NCBI GenBank assembly: GCA_944376655.1
Contig: CALWDJ010000001.1
Span: 28,767 to 92,766, forward strand
Reading direction: 5' to 3'
DNA from: an uncultured Clostridia bacterium
Lineage (GTDB): Bacteria; Bacillota; Clostridia; Oscillospirales; Acutalibacteraceae
Length of the DNA stretch: 64,000 bases
A program made the translations under genes and the position numbers. Each line of letters begins with the position of its first letter. Positions within the stretch are counted from its first letter, which is position 1. Below, in pieces: positions 45,361 to 55,658 of this stretch. Under the pieces are notes generated by a model, which searched no databases, was not told where the DNA came from, and saw nothing but the letters and a program-made list of their open reading frames with translations.

Positions 45361-48300
45361 TCCGACAAAAGAGCAGCAAAACGCGATAGACGCTGCGGGA
45401 AACATACTTGTCTCCGCCGCGGCGGGCTCCGGAAAAACCGCGGTTCTGGTTGAGCGGGTTATTAGACTTATAACCGATAAAATAAATCCGGTAAGCGCCG
45501 ACCGACTTCTTATCGTGACTTTTACAAATGCGGCCGCTGCAGAAATGCGCTCAAGAATAGAAAAAAGGCTTGACGATGAATGCCGTAAAGAACCGGATAA
45601 CATCGCTCTGCTTAAGCAAAAACAGCTGATTTCAGGCGCCAAGATATGTACTATTGACGCCTTCTGCATTGATCTCGTAAGGGAAAATTTTGTTGCCGCT
45701 GGAGTATCTCCCGATTTTAAAATTTCGGATCAGAATTCACTTAAGCCAACAGATGAAGCTGTTCTGACAGAAATACTTGAAACATATTATGACGGGAACG
45801 ATCCGGTTTTTTTCGAACTTATGGAGCTTGTCGGGGCAGAATATGACGACGGCAATTTCCTTGAATATCTGCTGAAAATGTATAATTACAGCCGCCAGAT
45901 GGCTTTTCCTACCGAGTGGTTCCGAAGTCTTGCGGAGCTTTATGTGCCCGAAAATTTCATGCCGGGTAATTTATGGTATGATTATTCTGTTGAAAAGGTA
46001 AGAAAAACCGCGCTTGTTTTGCAGAGAACGGTCATAAGTCAGCTTGATATATTGAGCTGTAACGAAAAAGCATACAAAAAATTCGGCTTATGCTTTGAAA
46101 CCGCCGCGGAAAAAATTTCTGAATTGCTTGATGCAGCGGAAAATGCCGACTGGGACGGTATTTTGGAAGTTCTTGACGGATTTGAGCTTCCGAAGACGAC
46201 AAGGTCAAGCGGTGAAACCGAAAAATTTGCAAAGCAGACAAAAGATTATGTTGCAGATACAGTGGACGGACTGAAAAAAATATTTTACGCCGATTCGGAT
46301 TTCATTAAAAAACAGTTTTCGATGATTTACCGTCCGGCAAAACTGCTTTCGGAAATTTTAGTTGAGTTTGAAAAAAGACTTTTTGAGGTATATAACGATA
46401 ATAATACCTTTACATTTCACAATATAGAACACCTCGCTTTGAAATTACTGTGCAGCGGAAACGCGGGAAATATCATTATAAATGAGCAGGCACAGGAAAT
46501 AGCGTGCCGCTATGATGAAGTGATGGTAGACGAATATCAGGATACGAACAATCTTCAGGATATTCTGTTTTACGTGTTGTCCGACCGAGGCAAAAAGCTC
46601 TTTGCCGTCGGCGATGTCAAACAGAGCATTTACGGCTTCAGAGGCGCTCAGCCGTCCAATTTTCTGCGCAAAATAAATTCATCCGTACCTTTTGAGTCCG
46701 CTGGTGAAAGCGATAGTAAAAAAATAATATTGGGCAGCAATTTCAGAAGCAAACCGGAAATATGCGATTATATAAATTTCTTTTTTGAAAATATGATGAC
46801 CGCCGAAACCGGAGGAATCGTTTATGATAAAGATGAAAGGCTGATTCCAAAAGCTGTTTATCCTCATTCCGATTTATCACCGGTAAGATTTGATATACTT
46901 GAGGAGCCGGCTGACACTACCGAAAAGATACGCACACAGGCCCGGCGCATCGCGCAGGTAATAAAGCGGATAATGTCTTCCGGAAAGTGTATAAGGCAGG
47001 ATAACTACACTTTAAGAAACGCGGGGTTTTCGGATTTTGCCGTACTTCTGCGCAATACCTCCAAAAAAGCGCCGGTTATTGCGGAAGAACTCAGGAAAAA
47101 CGGCGTTCCGGCAAATTTCAGTGAGGACGGATATGCCGAATCATATGAAGTATCGGTTTTCCTTTCACTGCTTAAAGTGATTGACAATCCCGATTCCGAT
47201 GTTGAGCTTTTATCGGTCCTGCACTCGCCGATTTTCGGATTTACTTCTGATGAGTTGGCCGAAATAAGGATAAACAGAAGAAAAGCAACCCTCTGCTCGG
47301 CGGTTGCGTTTGCTGCCGAAAACGGTAATGAGCACTGCCGTGCTGCTCTTAAAGCCTTGGAAAAATACAGAATACTTGCAGCCACGCTTAAATTACCAAA
47401 GCTGATTACATATCTGCTTTCCGAAACAGGATTTTTAAATAACGTTTCCGCACTTAATGACGGCGACAGGCGCCGCGGAAATCTTTTAATGCTTTCCGGA
47501 TATGCCGAACAGTTTGCGGGAGAAAACAAAGGCGGAATAAGCGCTTTTGTAAGGTATATTATAAATCAGTCGGAAAACGGACTGAAGTCCGCCGCCGTAC
47601 AGTCCGCCAGCGATACCGTCAAAATTATGAGTATACACGCTTCAAAAGGTCTGCAGTTTCCGGTCTGCATAGTAGCGCTCAATGAAACGGCGTTCAGCAA
47701 TAACGACACGAGAAATGCGGCTCTTTATTCATTAGAATACGGAATCGGCTTCAAGTATTATGATGAACAGGCGAAAGAAAAATACACAACAGTCGGCCGG
47801 GAAGTAATTGTGGATTTTATTCGCAGAAAAACCTCGGAAGAGGAGCTCAGGCTTTTCTATGTAGCTATGACAAGAGCAGAAGATATGCTTTATTTTACAG
47901 CCTGCGTAAACGATCCGGAAAAGGAAATCGGCAACTGTCTTTCGGGGCTCAGGCTTTCCGACGGCAATCTGTCTGAAAATTTTTACAGCCTGCGCTCATA
48001 TCTGAAATGGCTGATAACCACTTCTCTTGTTCATTCTGACGGCAGTGAAATCCGCGGCGCCGGCACGGGGCTTTTAATATCAGATACGAAAAGCCGCATT
48101 GAAATAAATGTTATCGCCAAAAGCAGCGCCGAAGAATCCGCGGAAGCATCTGAAACGGAAGTTTTTTCCGACCCGGCGCTCCAAGAGCAGCTTGAAAAAA
48201 ACATCGGCTATACTTATCCGTACGCCGACGTTCTCGAAACTGAGGCGAAAAGCTCGGTCTCCCAGCTTGCAAACAAGGCTGAAAGCGAAAAATACGCATT

Positions 48301-48841
48301 TAAGGCGCGCCCGTCGTTTATGAGCGAGGGTGGACTGACCGCCGCCGAAAGGGGAACAGCGACGCATAAAATTGTTGAGTTTATAGATTTCAGTAAAACC
48401 GACGAGCTTGACGCTGAAATTGAAAGGCTTTATGAATGGCAGTTTATTACCGAGCGGGAAGCCAAAGCGGTAAACAGAGAAAAATTAAAAGCCTTTTTCG
48501 GCAGTGAGCTTTTCGCGAGAATAAAAAAATCTACGCTTGTAAAAAGGGAAATGCGCTTTTTAACGGAGCTTCCGGCTTATAAAGTCAATCCGCAGCTTAA
48601 AGAAAAGCACGGCGACGAAAAAATCATTGTTCAGGGCGCTGTTGACCTTTGCTTTGAGGAAAACGGAAGTATCGTCGTAGTGGATTTCAAGACCGACCGG
48701 ACAGACAGTCCGCAGGCGCTTGCAGAGGCATACGGCGAACAGCTTTCGGTTTACGCTCAAGCGTGCGCTAAAATATTTGAAAAGCCGGTCAAGGAAAAAA
48801 TAATTTATTCTTTCTCCCTTTCTGAAACCATTGCTCTTTAA
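45350..48841 (+). CDS. addA: ATP-dependent helicase/nuclease subunit A (AddA/RexA)
   Basis: UvrD-type motifs are AAAGSGKT, VDEYQDTN and MSIHASKGLQFP. The C-terminal RecB nuclease is GAVDLCF...VVDFKTD. Confidence 0.92.
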   Translation: MAFNPTKEQQNAIDAAGNILVSAAAGSGKTAVLVERVIRLITDKINPVSADRLLIVTFTNAAAAEMRSRIEKRLDDECRKEPDNIALLKQKQLISGAKICTIDAFCIDLVRENFVAAGVSPDFKISDQNSLKPTDEAVLTEILETYYDGNDPVFFELMELVGAEYDDGNFLEYLLKMYNYSRQMAFPTEWFRSLAELYVPENFMPGNLWYDYSVEKVRKTALVLQRTVISQLDILSCNEKAYKKFGLCFETAAEKISELLDAAENADWDGILEVLDGFELPKTTRSSGETEKFAKQTKDYVADTVDGLKKIFYADSDFIKKQFSMIYRPAKLLSEILVEFEKRLFEVYNDNNTFTFHNIEHLALKLLCSGNAGNIIINEQAQEIACRYDEVMVDEYQDTNNLQDILFYVLSDRGKKLFAVGDVKQSIYGFRGAQPSNFLRKINSSVPFESAGESDSKKIILGSNFRSKPEICDYINFFFENMMTAETGGIVYDKDERLIPKAVYPHSDLSPVRFDILEEPADTTEKIRTQARRIAQVIKRIMSSGKCIRQDNYTLRNAGFSDFAVLLRNTSKKAPVIAEELRKNGVPANFSEDGYAESYEVSVFLSLLKVIDNPDSDVELLSVLHSPIFGFTSDELAEIRINRRKATLCSAVAFAAENGNEHCRAALKALEKYRILAATLKLPKLITYLLSETGFLNNVSALNDGDRRRGNLLMLSGYAEQFAGENKGGISAFVRYIINQSENGLKSAAVQSASDTVKIMSIHASKGLQFPVCIVALNETAFSNNDTRNAALYSLEYGIGFKYYDEQAKEKYTTVGREVIVDFIRRKTSEEELRLFYVAMTRAEDMLYFTACVNDPEKEIGNCLSGLRLSDGNLSENFYSLRSYLKWLITTSLVHSDGSEIRGAGTGLLISDTKSRIEINVIAKSSAEESAEASETEVFSDPALQEQLEKNIGYTYPYADVLETEAKSSVSQLANKAESEKYAFKARPSFMSEGGLTAAERGTATHKIVEFIDFSKTDELDAEIERLYEWQFITEREAKAVNREKLKAFFGSELFARIKKSTLVKREMRFLTELPAYKVNPQLKEKHGDEKIIVQGAVDLCFEENGSIVVVDFKTDRTDSPQALAEAYGEQLSVYAQACAKIFEKPVKEKIIYSFSLSETIAL

Positions 48842-48844
48842 ATT

Positions 48845-48888
48845 ACAGCCCGCCCGTTTAAAAACGGGCGGGCTGTATGTTTTTCTTG
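48845..48888 (+). terminator. Rho-independent terminator after addA
   Basis: ACAGCCCGCCCGTTT-AA-AAACGGGCGGGCTGT forms a perfect long stem, followed by ATGTTTTTCTT. Confidence 0.8.
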
Positions 48889-48914
48889 TAATTGCTTAAT
48901 AATTGTTATATAAT
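48886..48914 (+). promoter_or_regulatory. Sigma-A promoter for the M50 protease/scpAB unit
   Basis: TTGTAA-17 nt-TATAAT. Confidence 0.5.
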
Positions 48915-48931
48915 AGCAATGATAGAATGGA

Positions 48932-49621
48932 GTGGTTTATTTGTTAAGTATGCTGTTGTCCGGAAATTTCTCGGTTTCCGGCGTTATAATATATATGCTT
49001 TCCTCTCTCGCTGTTATTTTTCTTACGCTGCCTGTGCATGAATTCGCCCACGGCTGGACAGCGGTCAAGCTCGGCGACCCTACGCCGAGATACCAGGGAA
49101 GACTTACGCTTAATCCGTTTGCCCATATAGATTATCTCGGCGCCGCCTGTATACTTCTCGTTGGCTTCGGCTGGGCAAGACCTGTTCAGATCAATGCAGG
49201 AAATTTCAAAAATCCAAAGGGCGGAATGGCAATAACAGCTCTCGCCGGACCGGTATCAAATCTTATTGTTTCACTTATAACGCTTATTTTGTATTATCTT
49301 TTTACGTTTTTGATGGGCGTTACCGAAGTATTTGCTTTATTTTATATCGCTTACTTTTTCTACTGGATAGCTTATATAAACGTTTCGCTTGCGGTTTTCA
49401 ATCTGATTCCGATTCCGCCGCTTGACGGGTCGAGACTTCTGTCGGCACTGCTGCCGTACAAACAGTATTACGCGCTTATGCGTTACGAAAGATATATTTT
49501 TTACGGCTTGCTTGTGCTTCTCTGGTTCGGCGTGCTTGACAAACCGCTCGGATTCCTTACAAGCGCCGTGATGAATTTTCTTCAGAATATCGCATATCTT
49601 CCGTTCAGCTTGATAGGGTGA
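48932..49621 (+). CDS. Site-2 protease family (peptidase M50) membrane protein
   Basis: It has HEFAHG and the NLIPIPPLDGS motif, and is polytopic. The start codon is uncertain, either GTG at 48932 or a downstream ATG. Confidence 0.85.
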   Translation: MVYLLSMLLSGNFSVSGVIIYMLSSLAVIFLTLPVHEFAHGWTAVKLGDPTPRYQGRLTLNPFAHIDYLGAACILLVGFGWARPVQINAGNFKNPKGGMAITALAGPVSNLIVSLITLILYYLFTFLMGVTEVFALFYIAYFFYWIAYINVSLAVFNLIPIPPLDGSRLLSALLPYKQYYALMRYERYIFYGLLVLLWFGVLDKPLGFLTSAVMNFLQNIAYLPFSLIG

Positions 49622-49625
49622 GAGA

Positions 49626-50348
49626 ATGGAAGAAGTTACTTTAAACTATAAAATTGAGGGCTTTGAAGGACCGCTTGACCTGCTTTTGCAGCTTATCGCG
49701 CGCAACAAGCTAAATATTTACGATATACCGCTTACAGAGCTTATCGACCAGTATCTTGAACAGATAAAGCAGTTCCAGAACGAGGAAATGGAAATTTCAA
49801 GCGAGTTTCTCGAAATGGCTTCACGGCTTCTGTATATCAAAACGGTAAGTCTTTTGCCAAAGCACGACGAAATAGTAAAGCTGAAAGAGGAGCTTACCGG
49901 CGAGCTGCTCGAATATATGGTCTGTCAGCAGATAGCGCGTCAGTTTTCGACTATGCAGGACGGGTTTGACCGTTTTGTGCGGAAGCCTGAAGAGCTTGAG
50001 TTTGACAAAACCTATGAGCTTATTCATTCGTCCGACGTAATGTATGTATCATATCTTTCAGCCGTAGGCAGGGGTCAGCGGAAGCTGCCGCCCTCTACCG
50101 CACCGTTTACAAAAATAGTGGCGAAAAAGATTGTCGCCGTTTCCACAAGGATTGTTTTTGTTATAAGAAACCTGTGGACAGGCGGTACAAAAAAATTAGG
50201 CTCGCTGTACAGAACGGCGCACAGCCGTTCTGAGCTTGTGGCGACCTTTCTCGCCGTGCTTGAGCTCTGCAAGGCAAACAGGGTACGGATTGACGGTGAG
50301 GCGGACAATGCAGAAATAACACTGATTAAGGAGCATAAACGCAGATGA
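49626..50348 (+). CDS. scpA: Segregation and condensation protein A
   Basis: It has N-terminal FEGPLDLLLQLI..NKLNIYDIPL. It is coupled to scpB. Confidence 0.9.
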   Translation: MEEVTLNYKIEGFEGPLDLLLQLIARNKLNIYDIPLTELIDQYLEQIKQFQNEEMEISSEFLEMASRLLYIKTVSLLPKHDEIVKLKEELTGELLEYMVCQQIARQFSTMQDGFDRFVRKPEELEFDKTYELIHSSDVMYVSYLSAVGRGQRKLPPSTAPFTKIVAKKIVAVSTRIVFVIRNLWTGGTKKLGSLYRTAHSRSELVATFLAVLELCKANRVRIDGEADNAEITLIKEHKRR

Positions 50349-50929
50349 CGACTTCAGAACTTTTGCCGGCTTTCGAGGCTGTGCTTTTTGCCGGCGGAGA
50401 GCCGCTCAGTATTGACCGTTTTGCGCAGGTTTTCTCGGTTACGCCCGAAGATGTCGTCGCAGTAATGGAAAAACTTCAGAAAAAACTTTCTTCTAAGGAA
50501 AGCGGTATTGAGCTTGTACGTATGGAAAATACATATCAGCTCGCGACTAAAAAAGAATACGCCTCTTACATAAAAGCAATGTTTGACCTGAAACGCAGAA
50601 CGCCGCTGTCTTCCGCTGCGCTCGAGGTGCTCGCTGTCGTGGCGTATAATCAGCCCGTCACAAAATCATTTATCGAACAGGTCAGAGGCGTTGACTGTTC
50701 AGGCGTTGTAACCACACTTGTCGAAAAGGGACTGATTGAGGAGCGCGGCAGGCTTGAGCTTCCCGGAAAGCCGCTTCTTTACGGAACTACCAAAAATTTT
50801 CTCAGATGCTTTTCGCTTAACGACCTTACGGAACTGCCGCCGCTTCCCGAAAAGGATAACGCGAGCCGCGAGGTGGGCGAGCAGATACCGCTTGACGATG
50901 ATTTTAACGGGGAAGACGAAGCGGAATAA
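50345..50929 (+). CDS. scpB: Segregation and condensation protein B
   Basis: It has EAVLFAGGEPLS, ALEVLAVVAYNQPVT and GRPLLYGTT-like GKPLLYGTT. Confidence 0.9.
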   Translation: MTTSELLPAFEAVLFAGGEPLSIDRFAQVFSVTPEDVVAVMEKLQKKLSSKESGIELVRMENTYQLATKKEYASYIKAMFDLKRRTPLSSAALEVLAVVAYNQPVTKSFIEQVRGVDCSGVVTTLVEKGLIEERGRLELPGKPLLYGTTKNFLRCFSLNDLTELPPLPEKDNASREVGEQIPLDDDFNGEDEAE

Positions 50930-51000
50930 AACCGCGTCTTTGCCGGATAATATAAATACGGCTTATTTTCTGTCATTTTTTTCAGTGAGGAGACGGTCGC

Positions 51001-51627
51001 TTGGTTCCCCTTATTATTATACTGTCGGTCGCGGCGGTGATTTTAATTCTGCTGTTTCTGCCGGTCGCTTTGTCTGTTTCATTTAGTAACGGTGATTTTT
51101 CCGCGAAAATAAAGATTGCGGGAATTAAAGTGTGCGAATTGAAAGACGAGGAAAAGAAGGAAGCTAAAAGCGGCGATAATGCCGACAATAAAGGTGCTGG
51201 CAGCAAAAAGGCGGAAAAAAACGAATTAAAGGAAATATTTGTTCATCTGAAAAAAAAATACGGCTTTGCCGGCGCCGTCAGGGAAATTTTCGGCTTTGCC
51301 GGACAGGTTCTTAAAAAAATCAAAAAAAGGCTTAAACATTTTTTTGTAAAAAAAGTATGTGTGAATATAGTTATCGCCGGAGACGATGCCGCGCAGACCG
51401 CCGTAGAATACGGCGCTGTATGCGGTTCGGTTTATCCGGTGCTGGCATTTCTTGAAAGCACCGCGCTAATTTCATTGAAAAAAATAAATATATCGTCGGA
51501 TTTTTATTCCGGAAATTCTGATTTTTCTTTTTCACTTGACGCCGGCGCGCGGGTTATTTTTCTGATTATGACACTTTTCGATATTTTTTCGGAATACAAT
51601 AAATTTAAAATGAGGAATGAGTTATGA
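51001..51627 (+). CDS. DUF2953-like (YtfI-like) sporulation-associated membrane protein
   Basis: It has an N-terminal TM and a Lys-rich middle. It is coupled to ytfJ and uses a TTG start with a GAGGAG RBS. Confidence 0.6.
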   Translation: MVPLIIILSVAAVILILLFLPVALSVSFSNGDFSAKIKIAGIKVCELKDEEKKEAKSGDNADNKGAGSKKAEKNELKEIFVHLKKKYGFAGAVREIFGFAGQVLKKIKKRLKHFFVKKVCVNIVIAGDDAAQTAVEYGAVCGSVYPVLAFLESTALISLKKINISSDFYSGNSDFSFSLDAGARVIFLIMTLFDIFSEYNKFKMRNEL

Positions 51628-52007
51628 GCGAGAACAGTATCAAAGGCATTATGGACATAACTATGGACAAGCTGCGTGCCATGGTTGACGCAAATACTAT
51701 AATAGGCGACCCGATCGTGGTAGGTGATATTACGCTTATACCTGTGTCAAAAGTCTCGTTCGGTGTAGCAACCGGCGGCAGCGATTTTCCGAGCAAAACA
51801 CAGTCCGGTCTTTTCGGCGGGGGCGGCGGAGCAGGTGTTACGCTTTCTCCTGTGGCTTTCATAGCGATAAACGGTCAGAATGTTAAAATGATGCCGGTTT
51901 ATAACGAAATGACTTCGGTTGATAAAGCAATATCCATGGCTCCTGAGGTTCTCGAAAAAGCAAAGGAGATCTTCTCAAAGGACAAAAAAGACAAGACGCA
52001 GCAGTAA
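51624..52007 (+). CDS. ytfJ: Sporulation protein YtfJ (GerW family)
   Basis: The motif pattern IIGDPIVVGDITLIPVSKVSFGVATGG...GGGGAGVTLSPVAFI is characteristic. Confidence 0.85.
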   Translation: MSENSIKGIMDITMDKLRAMVDANTIIGDPIVVGDITLIPVSKVSFGVATGGSDFPSKTQSGLFGGGGGAGVTLSPVAFIAINGQNVKMMPVYNEMTSVDKAISMAPEVLEKAKEIFSKDKKDKTQQ

Positions 52008-52042
52008 TATATAGCCTCTATCCTTAATAAAATAAGGGTGGG

Positions 52043-53164
52043 GTGGTGGATTTGAAAAGAATTGTCTGCGTGGTTCTTGCCGCATTGCTTTTCCCGTTTG
52101 TGCATACAAATGCCGAAATGACTTCGGCCAAAGCCGCGGTGCTTATAAACGGCGATACCGGCGAGATAATTTATTCATACAACGAAAACGAAAAGCTGCC
52201 GATGGCAAGCACTACAAAAATAATGACCGCGCTTATTTTATGCGAAACCGCCGATTTGAGCGAGGAGATTACCGTTACGGCAGATATGCTGAAAGTCGAA
52301 GGCTCGTCTATGGGGCTGCTCGCGGGCGACAGGGTAACATATCATGATCTGCTTTACGGTATGATGCTGGCTTCCGGAAACGACGCCGCTAATGTAACGG
52401 CGGTTTCCATCGCGGGATCTGTCGAAAAATTTGCTGAAATGATGAATCGGCGCGCGGAGGAATTAGGGCTTAAAAACACCCATTTTGTCACACCGTCCGG
52501 ACTTGACGCCGACGGGCATTACACAACCGCGTATGATTTGGCGCTGCTTGCCGCGTTCGCGCTTAAAAATGAGGATTTCGCTAAAGCCGCCTCGAGCAAA
52601 TCGGCTGTGCTTAATTACGGAAATCCGCCGTACAGGCGCACGCTTACAAATCATAACAAGCTCCTTTCCTCATTTGAAGGGGCGATAGGGGTTAAAACCG
52701 GATTTACAAAAAAATCCGGCAGGTGCCTTGTAAGCGCCGCCGAGCGCGACGGTAAGACAGCTGTCGCCGTAACGCTTAATGATCCCGACGACTGGGACGA
52801 CCACGCAGAGCTTCTCGAATACGGCCTTGAGCAAATAAAGCAGACGCGCTATTCACCGCCGACTTCATGCTATAATGTGCCGGTGATAGGCTCTGCCGAT
52901 GAGTACATAGAAATTTTTATCGAGCCTTATACCGTAAATACGCTTGAAACCGCTGATATTTCCTGTACTGTCAGGCTGCCGCATTTTGTTTACGCACCTG
53001 TTGCCGAGGGCGACGTAATAGGGTCGGCTGAATACTGCATGAACGGAGAGGTTATAGGCAGCGTACCGCTTACGGCGCAGCGCAATATATCGGCATATAC
53101 TGTAAAGCCTGATTTTCTTACTGTGTTTGCCGAAAACATTAAGCATATTCTCAAAAGCATATAG
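52043..53164 (+). CDS. dacB: D-alanyl-D-alanine carboxypeptidase (peptidase S11)
   Basis: It has SxxK (ASTTK), SGN and KTG motifs, plus a signal peptide. The position after scpAB mirrors Bacillus dacB. Confidence 0.8.
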   Translation: MVDLKRIVCVVLAALLFPFVHTNAEMTSAKAAVLINGDTGEIIYSYNENEKLPMASTTKIMTALILCETADLSEEITVTADMLKVEGSSMGLLAGDRVTYHDLLYGMMLASGNDAANVTAVSIAGSVEKFAEMMNRRAEELGLKNTHFVTPSGLDADGHYTTAYDLALLAAFALKNEDFAKAASSKSAVLNYGNPPYRRTLTNHNKLLSSFEGAIGVKTGFTKKSGRCLVSAAERDGKTAVAVTLNDPDDWDDHAELLEYGLEQIKQTRYSPPTSCYNVPVIGSADEYIEIFIEPYTVNTLETADISCTVRLPHFVYAPVAEGDVIGSAEYCMNGEVIGSVPLTAQRNISAYTVKPDFLTVFAENIKHILKSI

Positions 53165-53178
53165 GAGTAAAATCAAAT

Positions 53179-53919
53179 ATGAGGGATAATAAAATACGCC
53201 TGCAGAAGCATCTTTCGGAATGCGGCATAGCATCACGCCGCAAGGCCGAGGAGCTGATAGAGCAGGGGAAAGTAAAAATAAACGGACATATAGCCTCTCT
53301 CGGCGCAAAGGTTGACCCGAAGCGCGACAAGGTTACGGTACGCGGCAAAGCGGTCGTTCCGGTCAATGAAAAAATTTATATAATGCTCAATAAACCGCGC
53401 GGATATATTACCACAATGCGTGACGAGCTGGGCAGAAAAAATGTTTCGGAGCTTACCGCCGACGCAGGAGCAAGGCTTTTTCCGGTCGGAAGACTTGACC
53501 GTGACTCCGAAGGATTATTGATAATGACAAACGACGGTGATTTCGCCAATAAGCTCACACACCCGTCATCGCACGTGAATAAAACCTACCGTGTAACGGT
53601 CAGGGGCAATGCCGAGGAAGAGCAGATACTTCAAATGAAGGAGGGTATATCTCTCGACGGCAAAAAAACTCTCCCGTGCGATTGCTTTGTGGCGGAAAGA
53701 AAAGCCGACAGAACGGTTCTGATTTTTATAATACACGAAGGGAGAAACCGTCAGATAAGGCGAATGTGCGAAGCGGTCGGACTTGAGGTAATGCGGCTTA
53801 AGCGCACCGAAATTGCAGGCGTTAAGCTCGGCATGCTTCCGCAGGGCAAATGGCGCCCGCTTAATGAGAGGGAAATGCGCCGTCTTACCGGCGTTTCACA
53901 GAAAAGTGAGGAAATATAA
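53179..53919 (+). CDS. rluB: Pseudouridine synthase, RsuA/RluB family with an S4 domain
   Basis: The S4 domain is RLQKHLSECGIASRRKAE, and the catalytic motif is GRLDRDSEGLLI. Confidence 0.85.
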   Translation: MRDNKIRLQKHLSECGIASRRKAEELIEQGKVKINGHIASLGAKVDPKRDKVTVRGKAVVPVNEKIYIMLNKPRGYITTMRDELGRKNVSELTADAGARLFPVGRLDRDSEGLLIMTNDGDFANKLTHPSSHVNKTYRVTVRGNAEEEQILQMKEGISLDGKKTLPCDCFVAERKADRTVLIFIIHEGRNRQIRRMCEAVGLEVMRLKRTEIAGVKLGMLPQGKWRPLNEREMRRLTGVSQKSEEI

Positions 53920-54287
53920 TGATATCTCTGGCACCTGTAAAGGATAAAAGCACAATCGTAAAAATGTTCAAGGATAATTCGGTTGAATACGGCGAAAATT
54001 CCGGCTGTCTTACCGCTGTTGGACCCGACGGACTGATGGGCTATTCTCTTTACAGCCTTGCCAGTGAGAAAATGGTTATATATAAAATATTTCCGGAAAG
54101 CGACCTGCCGCTGGCTGACGGTATTTTACGCAGCACACTTCACATTGCCGCGCAGAGAAGCGTTATGGATACGTACTGCACGGAAGATACCGAAAAGTTA
54201 TGCGAAAAGCTCGGCTTTATCAAAGACCGCACGTCGTTGCGACTTGATATTGACAGGCTTTTCAGCGACTGCTGTCAGGGTAAATGA
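53919..54287 (+). CDS. Hypothetical 122-aa protein, translationally coupled to rluB
   Basis: The ATGA stop/start overlaps rluB. No motif was recognised, and any GNAT-like feel is only weak. Confidence 0.5.
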   Translation: MISLAPVKDKSTIVKMFKDNSVEYGENSGCLTAVGPDGLMGYSLYSLASEKMVIYKIFPESDLPLADGILRSTLHIAAQRSVMDTYCTEDTEKLCEKLGFIKDRTSLRLDIDRLFSDCCQGK

Positions 54288-54301
54288 GCTCATTTTTTCA
54301 G

Positions 54302-54337
54302 AACCGGTTTGCCGATGATTGGTAAATCGGTTTTTTA
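54302..54337 (+). terminator. Rho-independent terminator
   Basis: AACCGGTTTGCC-GATGATT-GGTAAATCGGTT gives 12 bp including 2 G-U pairs, running into TTTTTT. Confidence 0.6.
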
Positions 54338-54408
54338 TATTTTAACTGTTGCCAATACGGCAAAAATGTGGTATTATAAAATGAATTACAAATTAAGGGG
54401 TTGATTGC

Positions 54409-55227
54409 ATGGCAGACAGTCGTGCAATAGGTATTTTTGATTCCGGACTCGGCGGACTTACCGTCACGAAAGAGATAATTAAACGCCTTCCCGATGAGAA
54501 TATTGTTTATTTCGGGGACACCGGCCGTGTCCCTTACGGTACACGAAGCCGTGAAACAATACAGAAATATGCCGCGCAGGACGAAAGCTTCCTGCTTAAA
54601 AAAGACGTAAAGCTCATAATCGCCGCCTGCGGAACCGTTTCCTCGGTTGCTGCTGACAGCTCGGGAAATCTTCCTGTTCCGTTTTTTGAAATGGTGACTC
54701 ATGCCGCCGCAGCTGCGGTCGCGGTCACAAAAAACAAAAAAATCGGAGTTATAGGAACCTCCGCAACGGTAGCGAGCGGAAGCCATAAAAAGGAAATATT
54801 AAGACTTATGCCTGACGCCGATGTTACCGCGGCTGCCTGCTCGCTTTTTGTTCCGCTTGTTGAGGAGGGCTGGTACGCTTCAGACGATATTGTCGTCACC
54901 CAGACAGTTAAGAGGTATCTTGAGCCTATTGTCAAAGCACAGTGCGATACGCTGATACTCGGCTGTACGCATTATCCGGTTCTTATAAAAGCCATTTCCG
55001 CCGTATTGGGCGATAAGGTATCGCTTATAAATCCCGGTGTGGCGGTAGCTGAAGCGGTTGCGTATTATCTTGGAAAATACGGTATGTCAAATTCAGGAAA
55101 TGCCGAACCGACGCACAGCTTTTTTGTCAGCGATAAACCGGCTTCATTCAAAAATCAGGCGTCGGTTCTTCTCGGTGAGGAAATAGACGACTCAAAGGTA
55201 GAACAGGTGGATTTAAGCAGTTTATGA
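54409..55227 (+). CDS. murI: Glutamate racemase
   Basis: Motifs are FDSGLGGLT, AACGTVS and LGCTHYP. Confidence 0.93.
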   Translation: MADSRAIGIFDSGLGGLTVTKEIIKRLPDENIVYFGDTGRVPYGTRSRETIQKYAAQDESFLLKKDVKLIIAACGTVSSVAADSSGNLPVPFFEMVTHAAAAAVAVTKNKKIGVIGTSATVASGSHKKEILRLMPDADVTAAACSLFVPLVEEGWYASDDIVVTQTVKRYLEPIVKAQCDTLILGCTHYPVLIKAISAVLGDKVSLINPGVAVAEAVAYYLGKYGMSNSGNAEPTHSFFVSDKPASFKNQASVLLGEEIDDSKVEQVDLSSL

Positions 55228-55658
55228 TGAAAGACGTTATAATAAATATAAAAGGCGAGCAGGGAACGGACGATAATCCGGAAACGGTAGAGCTTACTAC
55301 CGACGGACGTTTCGGCGAAAAAAACGGAAGCTATTTTATTTCATACGATGAGAGCGAAATGCTCGGGCTCGGAGATGTGAAAACCTGCCTTTACATCAGG
55401 CCGGACAAAAGTGTTGTTCTTCAGCGCTCAGGCGCGGTGGAAAGCCGTCTTATAGTTGAGGAAGGAAAGCGGAGCATCTGCTGTTACAGCACCCCTCACG
55501 GCGACCTCACAATAGGCATTTTCGGAGAATTTGTCAAAACCGAGCTTACAGGCAGCGGCGGAAATATATCAATGCGTTATACCATAGATTCGGAGCTGAA
55601 GCTCATAAGCCGCAACACGGTTAATATTTCGGTCAGAGAGGTAAAAAAATGTCAGTAG
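55224..55658 (+). CDS. DUF1934 domain protein (YwiB-like)
   Basis: It has the size and beta-rich pattern of YwiB. It sits immediately upstream of argS and overlaps it, as in Bacillus ywiB-argS. Confidence 0.7.
   Translation: MMKDVIINIKGEQGTDDNPETVELTTDGRFGEKNGSYFISYDESEMLGLGDVKTCLYIRPDKSVVLQRSGAVESRLIVEEGKRSICCYSTPHGDLTIGIFGEFVKTELTGSGGNISMRYTIDSELKLISRNTVNISVREVKKCQ

Noticed and set aside
42088-48841. AddAB as part of a defence or accessory nuclease system.
   Set aside because: This is the canonical housekeeping AddB/AddA pair, with the full motif complement, in a core-gene context and with no associated defence genes.
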